From NCBI GenBank assembly GCA_963751345.1, contig CAVVUS010000014.1:243394-307393 (forward strand): 64,000 nt of DNA, in the 5' to 3' direction. The stretch is from an uncultured Chloroflexia bacterium. GTDB lineage: Bacteria; Chloroflexota; Anaerolineae; B4-G1; SLSP01. Positions 40,918 through 51,663 of this stretch are shown in pieces. Position 1 is the first letter of the stretch, and each line of letters begins with the position of its first letter. The notes beneath the pieces were generated by a model. It had not been told where the DNA came from, did no database searches, and saw nothing but the letters and a program-made list of their open reading frames with translations. The position numbers and the translations under genes were made by a program.

Positions 40918-41530
40918 CTACCGCCCGGAGCCCATCGCTCCGAATCGAGCTCTTGCTTCCGCCAGGATGTGGAAGAAGATCTCTGCTTGATCTTTGGCAT
41001 CTTGCAGCGCATTGTGGGTCAGTTTCCGCCCACCCAGATAACGTCCGGCGAGCGCTCGCATCGAGGTCTGAGCCCAATGCGCACCGGTCAGCCCCATATA
41101 GAACGCCTTGATATCCAACGCGCTGTGGCCGAAGGGGTTCCGTTGCAGACAGCGGTGGAAGTAATCGTTGACAAACATCCAGTCGAAAGGCGCATTGAGC
41201 GCCACAAAGACGGGTCGATGGGCGGGAGGCACCGTGCGGTCGAGCCAATCCTCGAATAGGGCCATCGCCCTCGTCGGGGGTGTGCCGGTTTCGGCCAATG
41301 CCTGCATCGACAACCCGGAAATGGCCAGCGCACCCGGAATCGCCCGCCCTGTGACGGGCTGGAGCTCGATGTAGAACGCCTCACCGGTCCGAAATTCGGA
41401 CTTCTGTGTCATCAACCCGGCATGCGCCGATGGACAGAAGATCATAGTCACCGGGGTTCGGACCGGAGGTCTCCACATCAACGGAGATGTAGGCCTCGCG
41501 TTGTATGCCCGGATGCGAGACGAATCCCAT
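40918..41530 (-). CDS. DEDDh 3'-5' exonuclease (frameshift near 41400)
   Basis: [11 protein letters not shown] (alternate frame), [15 protein letters not shown]. Confidence 0.85.
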
Positions 41531-41547
41531 AGAATCCTTTCAGGCAA

Positions 41548-43918
41548 CTACCGCTCGGCCCGTATTAGCCCGAGTGTCACGATGCTTTGCGATGCGGCCG
41601 TGAAATTCGCGCGGCGCTCTCGGATGGCCAGCTTGTGCTGAGGACGCTCGAGGGCATCACATACCTCCGCGGCCACAAAGCCGTCGGGTAGCTTGACCGA
41701 GCCGGAGATCGGCCGATCGAGTGCGTTCCACAGCCGCAGGATCAACCTCGCACCATCCTCCGCAACCTTGAGAGTCGTCACCGGGCCGCCACCGAAGTCG
41801 ACGTCGAGCGCATCCAGCGACGCCACGGTCGGCCTCCCGCCCGGCACCTGCAGGTAAGGAGGAACGCCGAACTGCTGTGCTTCCCGTATAGGCTGAAGCG
41901 GATCGTAGGCACCGGAAAGCACGAGACGGTAGCGAAAACGCCATCGACGCTGTCCGCCTTGGTTGAACTGCCAGTCATTGCGGGTCAGGTTCATCATCGG
42001 CATCGAGGTGATATTGGTGGTCAGTGGCGCGGCCGGAGCTCCCTCCCGCACGACCGCTGCTTCCCCAAACTGTACCAACAGGGCATCCGGTGTGAGCAGA
42101 TACGCGCCAATCTCGTCTCCGTGCACGGCGGCAAAGGTCTGCGCCGCACAGAGGCTTGGGTTGGCACCCGGCAGATCGTTCCCCCCATCGGCAATGGCGC
42201 CGGCGATCACTATGGCGCCCGCCATGATCGTAGCGGTAGCTGGGGTTGGAGATGGCCAGCGGAAAACAGAACTGGACCGATTGCTGGGGCTCGGACCATC
42301 CCCTCTCCAGGTCGTAGGCGACATCGATCCAGGGTCGACCGGCATGAAAGAACCAGTGCGTAGACCACTGAAACCCCCATCGTTCGCCGGTCGTCTCTAC
42401 GGAGACGCCCTCCGGCCCACGCTTGCAGCGGATGTCGTGCACGACCGGGGCTGCGGCGGCGTGAGGCAATACCTCGGGGAAGACCTCCCCCGGTATGGGC
42501 TCGCCATATCGGGTATGTACGAACTCGCCCAGTCCGATTGCGGCATCCTGGGGCACCCATTCCCGACCCTCACCGTCGACAAGTGACGCGACAACACAGC
42601 GGCGACCGTCAAAGGACACCCGCCCGCCGCGCCAGGCAAAGGACAAGGACTCGTCAGCAGGCTGAGTCAGAGTCTGCCAGGGAACGCCATCAGGTTCCGG
42701 ACTCAAGCCTCGGCCAATGGACAACGCCTCGGTCGCCGCAGCCGCACGCACCCCGGCTGAGATAGCAGCTCGAGCGCGATCTACCCCACCGAAGTCGTGC
42801 TCCGCAAAACGGAGCAGGGCATCGTACCCCTGCCGAATCGCGGCAGCTCGCTTCTCATCGCTGGGACCGCTGCTGGTTTCCAGCGCGTGGACTGCTTCAA
42901 CCTGTCGAAGCAGACGCTCGGCCTCCCGGAAGTCCGCTGTCGGTCCCGCCAGGTGGGCAGCCCATTCCTCCCAGCAGATGCCAAAGGTACCCTCCTGCGT
43001 AGGAAGGGCCAGCCCCCGGGCCTCAACCTCCTGCGACACTGCCTCGAAGTACTCCTCATATCGCGCGTCAACCAGCCGCACGTCGCCGTCAGAGGCGTTG
43101 AACCGCCGAATGAAGGCCGCGATGTCATCCGTGCGTGTCCAATTGTCCCACCCGGTGCCCAGCAGCAGAATGCTGGAGACAGGATAGGCATCGCCATAAG
43201 CCTCATACCGCTCGATCGTCGCTTCGATGAAGGCTACACGCCGGCGGTAGACCTCCTCTGTGTTGCGATCCCCGAAGTCCCGGATGTGGAGGGCATCCCA
43301 CGTCTCCCCTGCCAGTCGCGCCAACTCGAAGGCCTCGGCATAACCGCCCCAACTGCCGGTGTCGCTGTAGAGATCCCAATGCACCAACAGTCGTTGTCCG
43401 CCGGGCCCAACCCACCAGAACAGCGGATATGGCTCGCGCTCGGCATAGTAGCTCTCCGCGCGAAGCGAGTAGATTCCCCGGCCCAGGTAGAGGAAGCCAC
43501 CCTCAGCCACGATGCCGGCAATGCCCCAGGGCAGACCCGCATTTTCCATGATGAGGGCGGTGCGGCAAGGACGGCCTGCAGCCTCCTCGATGGGCAATGC
43601 GCCGTAACAGGCTCGGATCGCGAGTTCCGAGCTCAACAGCCCCCAGAGCAGTACGGCGCGATTTCCCGCGTAACCGATCCGCCCCTCGTGGATGGCCCGC
43701 AGCAAGCAGCCGGCCGCTGCGTCGCCACGCTGCCGGCGATAGACCTCCAGCCATAGCGTGCCGTCCAGATTCCAGCGACCGTCAGTCCTCCGGGTGAGAT
43801 CGAGGTAGTAGTCGACCAATGCCGCCATCCGCGTCTCGACTTCGACCGGCGAGCCGCACCAGTTGTAATCGAGATGTTTGTCCTGAGCGAGATAGATCGT
43901 CCACTGCCGTGATTTCAT
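41548..43918 (-). CDS. GH38 alpha-mannosidase-like glycoside hydrolase (frameshift near 42230)
   Basis: KHLDYNW, FWWVGPGG, FAEHDFG; C-terminal LKVAEDG..LILRLWN domain. Confidence 0.7.
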
Positions 43919-44036
43919 TGGCTATTCCCCTATCGACTGGAGTCAAGGTCCGATTCTACGCCGTCCCCTCGACGGTGCAACCTTGACGAGACCCCCGGAA
44001 TTGCGGAATCTGCGAAGTGCTGATAAGATCCCGGCT

Positions 44037-45951
44037 ATGACGACCCTATGGGACCCACCCCGCGAGTTCAGTCTGTCGCCGTTCTGGTTCTGGAACGATG
44101 CCCTGGACGAGGATGAGATCGTGCGCCAGATCGCCGACTTCGAGGCCCACGGCGTCTACGGCTTTGTCATCCACCCGCGCGTCGGCCTGCCACGCGACAT
44201 TGGCTGGATGTCCGACCGCATGATGCACTTCATGCGCGTCGCGGTCGAGGAAGCCGCGCGGCGGGAGATGACCGTCATCCTCTATGACGAAGGGATGTAC
44301 CCCTCCGGCTCTTCCTCGGGACAGGTGGTCGCCGCCAATCCCGCCTACGCCTGCCGCTGTCTGGCCCGCATCGAACTCGACGAGGAAGAGGCGCCCTCAC
44401 TCCCGGCGGGACAGAACCTTGTCGCCGTGGTCGAACGCACGAACGGCCGCCGCATCGCCGTCATCGATCGCCCGGTCGACGCCGTCATCCGGGGCCTCCA
44501 TTACATCGGCGAGGGGCCGGCGGAGGATCTGCCACCTGCGGCCGATCTGCTCAACCCTGCGTCGGTCGCCACGTTCATCCACCTGGTCTACGACCGCTAT
44601 GCCGACGTTCTCGGCGATCACTTCGGCACGACCGTCCGCGCCATCTTCACCGACGAACCGGGCGTCCTCGGGCGCTGTCGCGAACGGGACGTGCTGCCGG
44701 GCACAACGGGCATTCTCGAACACGTCAACCGCTTCCTGGGCTACGACTTCACCCCTCACCTGCCCGCGCTGTGGTACGAGGACGAGCCGGATGCGGCACG
44801 CTATCGTGAGGCCTACGAGCTCGCTATCGTCCACCGGCTCGAAGAAACCTACTACCGACAGCTCTACGAATGGTGCGAGGCCCAACGCCGTCTGAGGCGC
44901 AACATTTCGCTCACGGGTCACCCGGCGCGTGGCGACGAGATCGGTGCTCCTCCGCTATTTCCACATCCCCGGACAGGACCTCGTCTGGCGCTGGGTACTG
45001 CCGGGGCCTACGGCCCTCGAAGGCGCGGAATCCACCCAGGGCAAATGCAGTGCCTCGGCGGCCCTTCACCTGGGCCGGCGCCGCAACACCAACGAATGCT
45101 TCGGCGCCTATGGGCACGAGTTCACGTGGGAGGAGATGAAGTGGCTGGTGGACTGGTGCTTCGTCCGCGGCGTCAACCAACTCACCCCGCACGCCTTCTA
45201 CTATTCGGTGCGGGGGCCCCGCAGGGACGAGCGCCCACCCCAGGTCGGGCCACACAGTCCCTGGTGGGACACCTATAAGGCGTTCGCCGACTACTGCCGC
45301 CGGCTGAGCTGGCTCAACACCGACAGCACGCACATCTGCCACGTCGCCATTCTCACCGAATCGGCAGGGCTCCCGTGGCCGGCGGCGAAGATCTGTTTCG
45401 AACGCCAGCGCGACTTCAACTACCTGGAGCTGCGCCATCTGTGGGAGGACGCCAACGTGTCGGACGGCGGCGTGCGCATCGCTGGCATGCACTACCGGGC
45501 AATCATCGTGGACGGTCTGGGCGCGGTTCCCGACGAAGCAACCGGGGCTCTGAACCGGCTCAACGACGCCGGACGCCTGATCGCGTGGGGTGACAAGGAG
45601 ATCGCCGGTCTGGCGAACCCCGTGTGTAGGCCCACCACGCCCGATGCGCTGGTCGAGGCCATCGATCGGCTGACCTCACCGGATCTCACGGTGAGTTCCG
45701 ACGTGCCCGACCTGCGCTACCGGCACGTCACAAAAGACGACGTACACTACTATATGCTATGGAACGAGGGCACGGTCCCTCTGCAGACGCAGATCACGGT
45801 TGCCACGTTGGGCAGCGCGTGGTGGGTCGACCCTTACGCGGGTACCGAGACTCAGATTATCACGCCCGCGGGCTATAACGCCTACGATCTCGATCTTCCA
45901 TCGTACACCACCGGAGCGCCGCAGATGCTGCGTCTCCTACGCATCACCTGA
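44037..45951 (+). CDS. GH106/GH2-related glycoside hydrolase (frameshift near 44945)
   Basis: SPFWFWND, HPRVGL, LYDEGMYPSG, FTDEP, ECFGAYG, RGVNQL.PHAFYYS. Confidence 0.75.
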
Positions 45952-45994
45952 GCCAATTAAGCCCGAGCAATCTCGGGCCGAGAACGGAGAAGTT

Positions 45995-48151
45995 ATGCCC
46001 ACCCGAGGCTATCTCGAGTACCTTCACGACGTGAGCGACACCTCGGACGTGCGTCCGGGCTCGCCACAGCCGCTCGGCGTCGAGCTGACGAGCGGCGGTG
46101 CCAATTTCGCCGTCTTCAGCCGACACGCGACCCGGATCTGGCTCGAGCTGTACGACCCCGACGAGGAGCAACCCACGCGCGTCCGCCGTCCGAGGCGCAC
46201 GATCGAGCTGACCGACCCTCGCCACCACACCGGCGACGTGTGGCACGTCTGGGTCCGTGGCGTAGATATGGGGCAAAAATACGCGTATCGCGTCGCCGGC
46301 CCCTATGCTCCTGACGAAGGCCACCGGTTCGACGCCCGCTGCCTGCTGCTGGACCCGTTCACGACGTCCGTCGACGGCCATCCCTGGTCCTTCGACGACG
46401 CGGTAGGCACGGGAGGAGGGTCGGGGATCGTCGACGGATTGCCCGAGGACGGTAACGCGGGCAGGATGCCCAAGTGCGTCATCGCCCACGATCACTTTCG
46501 CTGGCGTGGCGACCTCCCCCCTGTTCCTTGGCGGGACACCGTGATCTACGAGACGCACGTGCGCGGTGCCACGATCCACCCGAGCTCCGGCGTGGATCAT
46601 CCGGGCACCTACCGCGGACTGATCGAGAAGCTACCCTACTTCGTCGATCTGGGTATTACGGCGCTGGAGTTGATGCCGATACAAGAGTTCAACGAGCGCA
46701 CGGTCCTGCGGCACAACCCGAAGACCGGCGAATCGCTGCACAACTACTGGGGGTACGACCCCGTCGCCTTCATCGCCCCCGAAGGCAGCTACTGCAGCCG
46801 TGGTCGAGATGGGCACCAGATGCCGGAATTCCTCGAGATGGTCGACGCCTACCACCAGGAGGGCATAGAGATCATCGTCGATCTCGTACTGAACCACACC
46901 GCGGAGGGTGATGCGTCGGGACCCACCTTCTCACTGCGCGGGCTCGACAACGACATCTACTACATACTCGATCGGAACGACCTCAGCACCTACAAGGATT
47001 ACACCGGCACGGGCAACACGCTCAACACCAACCATCCCGTCGTGCGTCGATTCATCATGGACGTCCTGCGCACCTGGGTGATCGAAATGCGCATCGACGG
47101 CGTTCGCTTCGACCTGGCCTCAGTGCTGGGACGCGATCCACACGGCAACCTGTTGTCCAACCCCCCGCTGCTGGAAGAGATCGCGGAGGACCCCGTCCTT
47201 CGCGACATCAAGATCATCGCTGAGGCATGGGATGCGGGCGGCGCCTACCAAGTCGGCAGCTTCTCTGAGCGCCGCTGGGCGGAATGGAATGGTCGCTTCA
47301 GGGACGATGTGCGGAGGTTCTGGCGCGGAGACGACGGCATGCTCGGGACCTTCGCGAGCCGCATCTGCGGCAGCGAGGATTTGTATCAGAGGGCCGGTAA
47401 GGGTCCGCAAAACAGCGTCAACTTCATCACCAGCCACGATGGCTTCACGCTGAACGATCTGGTGAGCTACGCTCGAAAGCACAACGAGGCCAACGGTGAG
47501 GCGAACCTCGACGGCCTCAACGAAAACTACAGCGCCAACTACGGGGACGAGGGCCCCACGGAAAATCCGCAGATAGAGGACGTGCGGCGCCGTCAGATCA
47601 AGAATCTGCTGCTGACGCTCTTTGTCTCCCGTGGCGTGCCGATGATGCTGGGAGGCGATGAGTTCCGCCGCACGCAGCAGGGCAACAACAACGCCTACTG
47701 CCAGGACAATGAGATCAGTTGGGTCGACTGGACGCTCAAGGATCGCCACGAGGAGATTTACCATTTCACCCGCGGGATCATGGCCTTCCGGCGCGACCAT
47801 TCCGTTCTTCGAGCAGACGTATTCTATACCCCCGACGATATCCACTGGCACGGTCCCAACGGGGACCCACCCGATTGGAATGACTCACGGGTGAAGATGT
47901 TGGGCTGTCACATCCTCGGGGATGGCGCGACATCGCCGGCACTTTACCTTATGTTCAACGCAGAAGCTACATCGGCTTCGTTTGTCCTGCCGCAGCTATC
48001 CGATGGACATCGCTGGTGCAGGGCTGTTGACACCGCCCTGCGCACGCCTGACGACCTGGTCGATCCCGGCGATGAAGTCATCCTCGACCGCCAGGCAGCC
48101 TACGAGGTCCAGTCGCGCAGCAGCGTGATTCTGATCGCGCGTAACACGTGA
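45995..48151 (+). CDS. glgX: Glycogen debranching enzyme
   Basis: GANFAVFS, IYETHVRG, NYWGY, NHTAEG, DGVRFDL, IAEAWD, HDGFTL, QQGNNNAYCQDNE. Confidence 0.96.
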   Translation: MPTRGYLEYLHDVSDTSDVRPGSPQPLGVELTSGGANFAVFSRHATRIWLELYDPDEEQPTRVRRPRRTIELTDPRHHTGDVWHVWVRGVDMGQKYAYRVAGPYAPDEGHRFDARCLLLDPFTTSVDGHPWSFDDAVGTGGGSGIVDGLPEDGNAGRMPKCVIAHDHFRWRGDLPPVPWRDTVIYETHVRGATIHPSSGVDHPGTYRGLIEKLPYFVDLGITALELMPIQEFNERTVLRHNPKTGESLHNYWGYDPVAFIAPEGSYCSRGRDGHQMPEFLEMVDAYHQEGIEIIVDLVLNHTAEGDASGPTFSLRGLDNDIYYILDRNDLSTYKDYTGTGNTLNTNHPVVRRFIMDVLRTWVIEMRIDGVRFDLASVLGRDPHGNLLSNPPLLEEIAEDPVLRDIKIIAEAWDAGGAYQVGSFSERRWAEWNGRFRDDVRRFWRGDDGMLGTFASRICGSEDLYQRAGKGPQNSVNFITSHDGFTLNDLVSYARKHNEANGEANLDGLNENYSANYGDEGPTENPQIEDVRRRQIKNLLLTLFVSRGVPMMLGGDEFRRTQQGNNNAYCQDNEISWVDWTLKDRHEEIYHFTRGIMAFRRDHSVLRADVFYTPDDIHWHGPNGDPPDWNDSRVKMLGCHILGDGATSPALYLMFNAEATSASFVLPQLSDGHRWCRAVDTALRTPDDLVDPGDEVILDRQAAYEVQSRSSVILIARNT

Positions 48152-48343
48152 ATCCCCCCGCAGACCCTCCGTCCCCAACGGAGCCCCAACAATACAAACG
48201 CTTCTCCGCTTCATCGCTAACTCACTCCGAAGTCAAGCGAAGATCGTGGCACCTATAATGATAGTAGCAAGGCATCTCAGATGCCGCACTGGGTGCATGC
48301 CATGCAGAGCCTTGACAATAAGAGAGAGGATGGACAAGAACCA

Positions 48344-49093
48344 ATGAAACGCCTAACGAAATACGTCCCGCTGATGCTCGTGCTGTTGGTCGCCGTCGTG
48401 GGGCTGCAGACCGGCTGTACCGGCGCGACAGCCGCTCTTACGCAAGCGACGACAACCAACACGACCGGCCGAACTGTGCAGGTGACCGGCACCGGCAAAG
48501 TAGACGCGGTGCCGGATGTGGCCAACATCACAATGGGCGTCGAAACCCAGAATCAAGACGCCAACACTGCGATGGAGCAGAACAACCAACAGATGCAGGC
48601 TCTCATCACCACGCTGACCGATAACGGCGTTCCCGAGAGCAACATCCAAACGCAGACCCTGCAACTCTACCCCCAGTATCAGCAGACCAACCAGACAAAC
48701 CCGAATGTTGAGCCCACGATCGTAGGCTACCAGGCCACTAACACCGTGAACGTACGGGTTACCGACCTTTCGAAGCTCGGGGATCTCATCAGCGCTGCCG
48801 TCGGCGCCGGCGGTAACACCATACAGCAGATCAGCTTCGAGGTAAGCGATCCCTCAACGTATCTCACGCAGGCGCGTCAGGCGGCCTGGGCTGACGCTCA
48901 GCAAAAAGCCGATCAGTTGGCGCAGCTAGGCGGCGCTACGCTCGGTCAGGTCATGACCATCAATGAGGCCAGCAGTAGCCCGGTCCCCGTGTTGCGCATG
49001 CAACCGGTAGCCCAGGCAGCCGCCGCTGTGCCGATTCAACCCGGCAGTCAGACCATTGAAGTAGACATCGACGTGACCTGGCAGCTCCAGTAA
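48344..49093 (+). CDS. SIMPL (DUF541) domain lipoprotein
   Basis: Signal peptide with lipobox-like QTGC; VTGTGKVDAVPD.A; GGN.I; PIQPG. Confidence 0.85.
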   Translation: MKRLTKYVPLMLVLLVAVVGLQTGCTGATAALTQATTTNTTGRTVQVTGTGKVDAVPDVANITMGVETQNQDANTAMEQNNQQMQALITTLTDNGVPESNIQTQTLQLYPQYQQTNQTNPNVEPTIVGYQATNTVNVRVTDLSKLGDLISAAVGAGGNTIQQISFEVSDPSTYLTQARQAAWADAQQKADQLAQLGGATLGQVMTINEASSSPVPVLRMQPVAQAAAAVPIQPGSQTIEVDIDVTWQLQ

Positions 49094-49145
49094 TAGAGAA
49101 ACCAAGAAGCTCTGACGTACGTACGACCAAGGAAAGGATACAAAT

Positions 49146-49598
49146 ATGGCCGCTACCAAGCGAAGGACGGCAGACGCACGATGGGAAGGGAATCTACGCA
49201 AGGGGACGGGTTGGATCAGCACCGCAAGTGGAGCGCTGAAGAAAAAGGAGTATAGCTTTGGAACGCGCTTCGAGGACGATCCGGGGACCAATCCCGAGGA
49301 GCTTATCGCCGGCGCCCACGCCGCCTGCTATAGCATGGCCTTCGCCGGCATGCTGAGCGCCCAGGGCCACGAGCCGGAATACATAGCTACGCATGCGACA
49401 TGCGTGCTGGTACCCCTGAAGGAAGGGGGCTTCAAGATCACGGAGATGCACCTGGCGGTCGAGGGTGCTGTCCCCGGTATGGACGCTGCGACCTTCAAGA
49501 AGGCGGCTGAAGAGGCAGACAAGCAGTGTCCTGTCTCCAATCTTCTGCACCCGGGACTCGAGATTCACATCGAGGCGACGCTGAAACCGTCTGCGTAA
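49146..49598 (+). CDS. osmC: OsmC peroxiredoxin
   Basis: WEGNL..G.G, GTNPEELIAGAHAACYSM, CPVS. Confidence 0.92.
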   Translation: MAATKRRTADARWEGNLRKGTGWISTASGALKKKEYSFGTRFEDDPGTNPEELIAGAHAACYSMAFAGMLSAQGHEPEYIATHATCVLVPLKEGGFKITEMHLAVEGAVPGMDAATFKKAAEEADKQCPVSNLLHPGLEIHIEATLKPSA

Positions 49599-49601
49599 CC
49601 T

Positions 49602-50855
49602 CTAGGCGCCAAACTTCTCCAGGCGATTGGCATTCGCCATAGCGATGGGCATTAGGTCTACGGCAGGAATCCGTGGACCTAATGCCCCGCTGAGGCATGC
49701 TTGTTCACCGAATTGGGTCACAGCGTCCGCGCGGCACAGCTTCGACCACAGCACGACAGGCACCGGATGCCAGCTATGATATTTCATCGCGGCGGGCGTT
49801 GAATGATCACCCGTCACCAGGAGCACATCCGGTTTGAGATCGAGGATACGGGGCAATCGCGCGTCGGTCCCCTCGATCTCGTGCACCTTGCGGTCGAAAT
49901 CACCATCCTCACCGGCGCTGTCCGTGTGCTTCACATGGACGAAAAAGAAGTCGTAATCCGCCCAATTGGCCTCGAGGGCGTCGATTTCGTCATCGGGAGA
50001 CTGGCGCGCGGGCAGGACGTCCATGCCGACGAGCTTGGCGACCCCGCGGTACATAGGGTACATCGCGATGGCGAGTGCACGCATCCCGGTAACGTCGGGA
50101 AATCGCGGCCAGTCGGGTCGCTGGGAAAAGCCGCGCAGGAGAAGCATATTTGCCGGGCTCGATCCGGCCAGGGCTTCGCCGGCCTGCGAGACAAAGTCAC
50201 GTACAAGGCCAGCCGTCCTCTCCGCTCCTGCCGACTGTGCGCTTGCCTCCGCCCGGATCGGGGTCGCTCCTACCTCCTGCGGATCGGTGTCGACGACGTC
50301 CGCCGCCAGCCCATCGCCCCGCAAGACGAAGAGGAACCGGTACTCCTTCACGGGCTGCAGGAATAGCTCCGCCCCTGACAGGTGAACCTTATCCCGTAAC
50401 TGGTCAAGCAGCTCCTCATTCTTCTCCGTAGGGATCCGGCCCGCGCGCCGGTCGGTGACACGGCCCGCATCGTCAACCGTGCAGAAATTACCGCGTGCCG
50501 CGACGTCACCAGGCTGGAGGTCGAAATCGACGCCCAGCGCCGAAAGCACGCCCCGCCCGATCTCGTAGTGCAAGGGATCGTAGCCAAAGAGCGCCAGATG
50601 TGCCGGGCCGCTGCCCGACGTGATACCCGGACCCACCGGCACGTGCAAGCCGCAAGAGCCCGCCGCCGCCAGCCTGTCCAGGTTCGGCGTCGCGGCGGCT
50701 TCCAGTGCCGTTCCCGCGCTTCCACCCTCCACACGGGCACCCCCAGCGGCTGCGCGCGAGGGACGTGGCAATCCGCCCAGCCCATCCATCACCAACAGGA
50801 CGATCTTGCTGGTCTGATCTCGCTTGGCCAGCTTTCGAATCAGATCGAAATCCAT
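49602..50855 (-). CDS. apgM: 2,3-bisphosphoglycerate-independent phosphoglycerate mutase (archaeal type)
   Basis: MDGLGG, TPNLD, LFGYDP, DRRAGRI, KHTDSAGEDG, TGDHSTP, HSWHPVP. Confidence 0.93.
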   Translation of the reverse strand: MDFDLIRKLAKRDQTSKIVLLVMDGLGGLPRPSRAAAGGARVEGGSAGTALEAAATPNLDRLAAAGSCGLHVPVGPGITSGSGPAHLALFGYDPLHYEIGRGVLSALGVDFDLQPGDVAARGNFCTVDDAGRVTDRRAGRIPTEKNEELLDQLRDKVHLSGAELFLQPVKEYRFLFVLRGDGLAADVVDTDPQEVGATPIRAEASAQSAGAERTAGLVRDFVSQAGEALAGSSPANMLLLRGFSQRPDWPRFPDVTGMRALAIAMYPMYRGVAKLVGMDVLPARQSPDDEIDALEANWADYDFFFVHVKHTDSAGEDGDFDRKVHEIEGTDARLPRILDLKPDVLLVTGDHSTPAAMKYHSWHPVPVVLWSKLCRADAVTQFGEQACLSGALGPRIPAVDLMPIAMANANRLEKFGA

Positions 50856-50889
50856 CTTACCCTCCCACGCTTCTTGCTGACGATGCCAA

Positions 50890-51093
50890 GGGCTTACATC
50901 GTCGATCTGAGACTCGGCGGCCTTCTCCAGCTTTTGGATCTCGGTCTCCGCACTCTCACGCAGCTCGGATGCACGTTTGCTGATCATCGTCTGCGTCTCT
51001 TCTCCAGACTGGGGCGCCAGAGAGCAGAGCCACTGCGCCACCGGTCAGACAACCAACGACAAACCCCATCGCAAAGTCACTTAAGTTTTTCAT
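50890..51093 (-). CDS. YtxH-domain protein (frameshifted; end uncertain)
   Basis: FAMGFVVGCLTGGAVALL, then LAPQSGEET in another frame. Confidence 0.7.
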
Positions 51094-51131
51094 CTTTGCA
51101 TCTCCTTCCATACTCTGTCTCAAGCACCGGG

Positions 51132-51650
51132 CTACATAATCTCCCGTCGCGATGTTCCGGCCATCACGCGCGCCTGGACGACGATACCGACCACCGCGGC
51201 TACGACGAATACCAGTAGCATTACCGGCTGAGAAAGATCGAAGGTCCGAGCGATGATTGAGGCGCCCACCAGCGAAGAGAGCACGATGAGCGCCCAATCG
51301 AAGAGGCCCAGAGCCAATATCGCGCCCACAATCGCGCCCACAAAGGCAAGCACCCAGATCAGGGTTGACACGGGCATGCCCAACAGCTCGAGAACATGGA
51401 GCACGATATAGCCTCCGGCCAGGAACCCTGCTATCCCGACGGCGACCTCCTGGAGAAGGATCGCCAACAGGGCCCCAACCAGGCCGGCAGCCAGCGCCAC
51501 GACCAGCATGAGCCAGATCGGCCACGGCGTCGCCAGCCGGCTCACCAGATCAATCGCGGCGACGAACCCCACACCCCCAACAAAGAGCCAGAAGATCCGG
51601 CGACCCAGGAACAGCAGCAGGATTGCCACAAGCAAATTCAGAATGTCCAC
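51132..51650 (-). CDS. DUF4203/TM7S3-like membrane protein
   Basis: LFLGRRIFWLFVG..GF, GFLAGG, SSLVGA, GIVVQ. Confidence 0.75.
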   Translation of the reverse strand: MDILNLLVAILLLFLGRRIFWLFVGGVGFVAAIDLVSRLATPWPIWLMLVVALAAGLVGALLAILLQEVAVGIAGFLAGGYIVLHVLELLGMPVSTLIWVLAFVGAIVGAILALGLFDWALIVLSSLVGASIIARTFDLSQPVMLLVFVVAAVVGIVVQARVMAGTSRREIM

Positions 51651-51663
51651 GTCCACCACCTCC

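Noticed and set aside
49602-51093. YtxH-ApgM fusion suggested by the 479-aa ORF
   Set aside because: apgM has its own RBS (GGAGGG) and ATG at 50855, and YtxH is already frameshifted; likely artefact.
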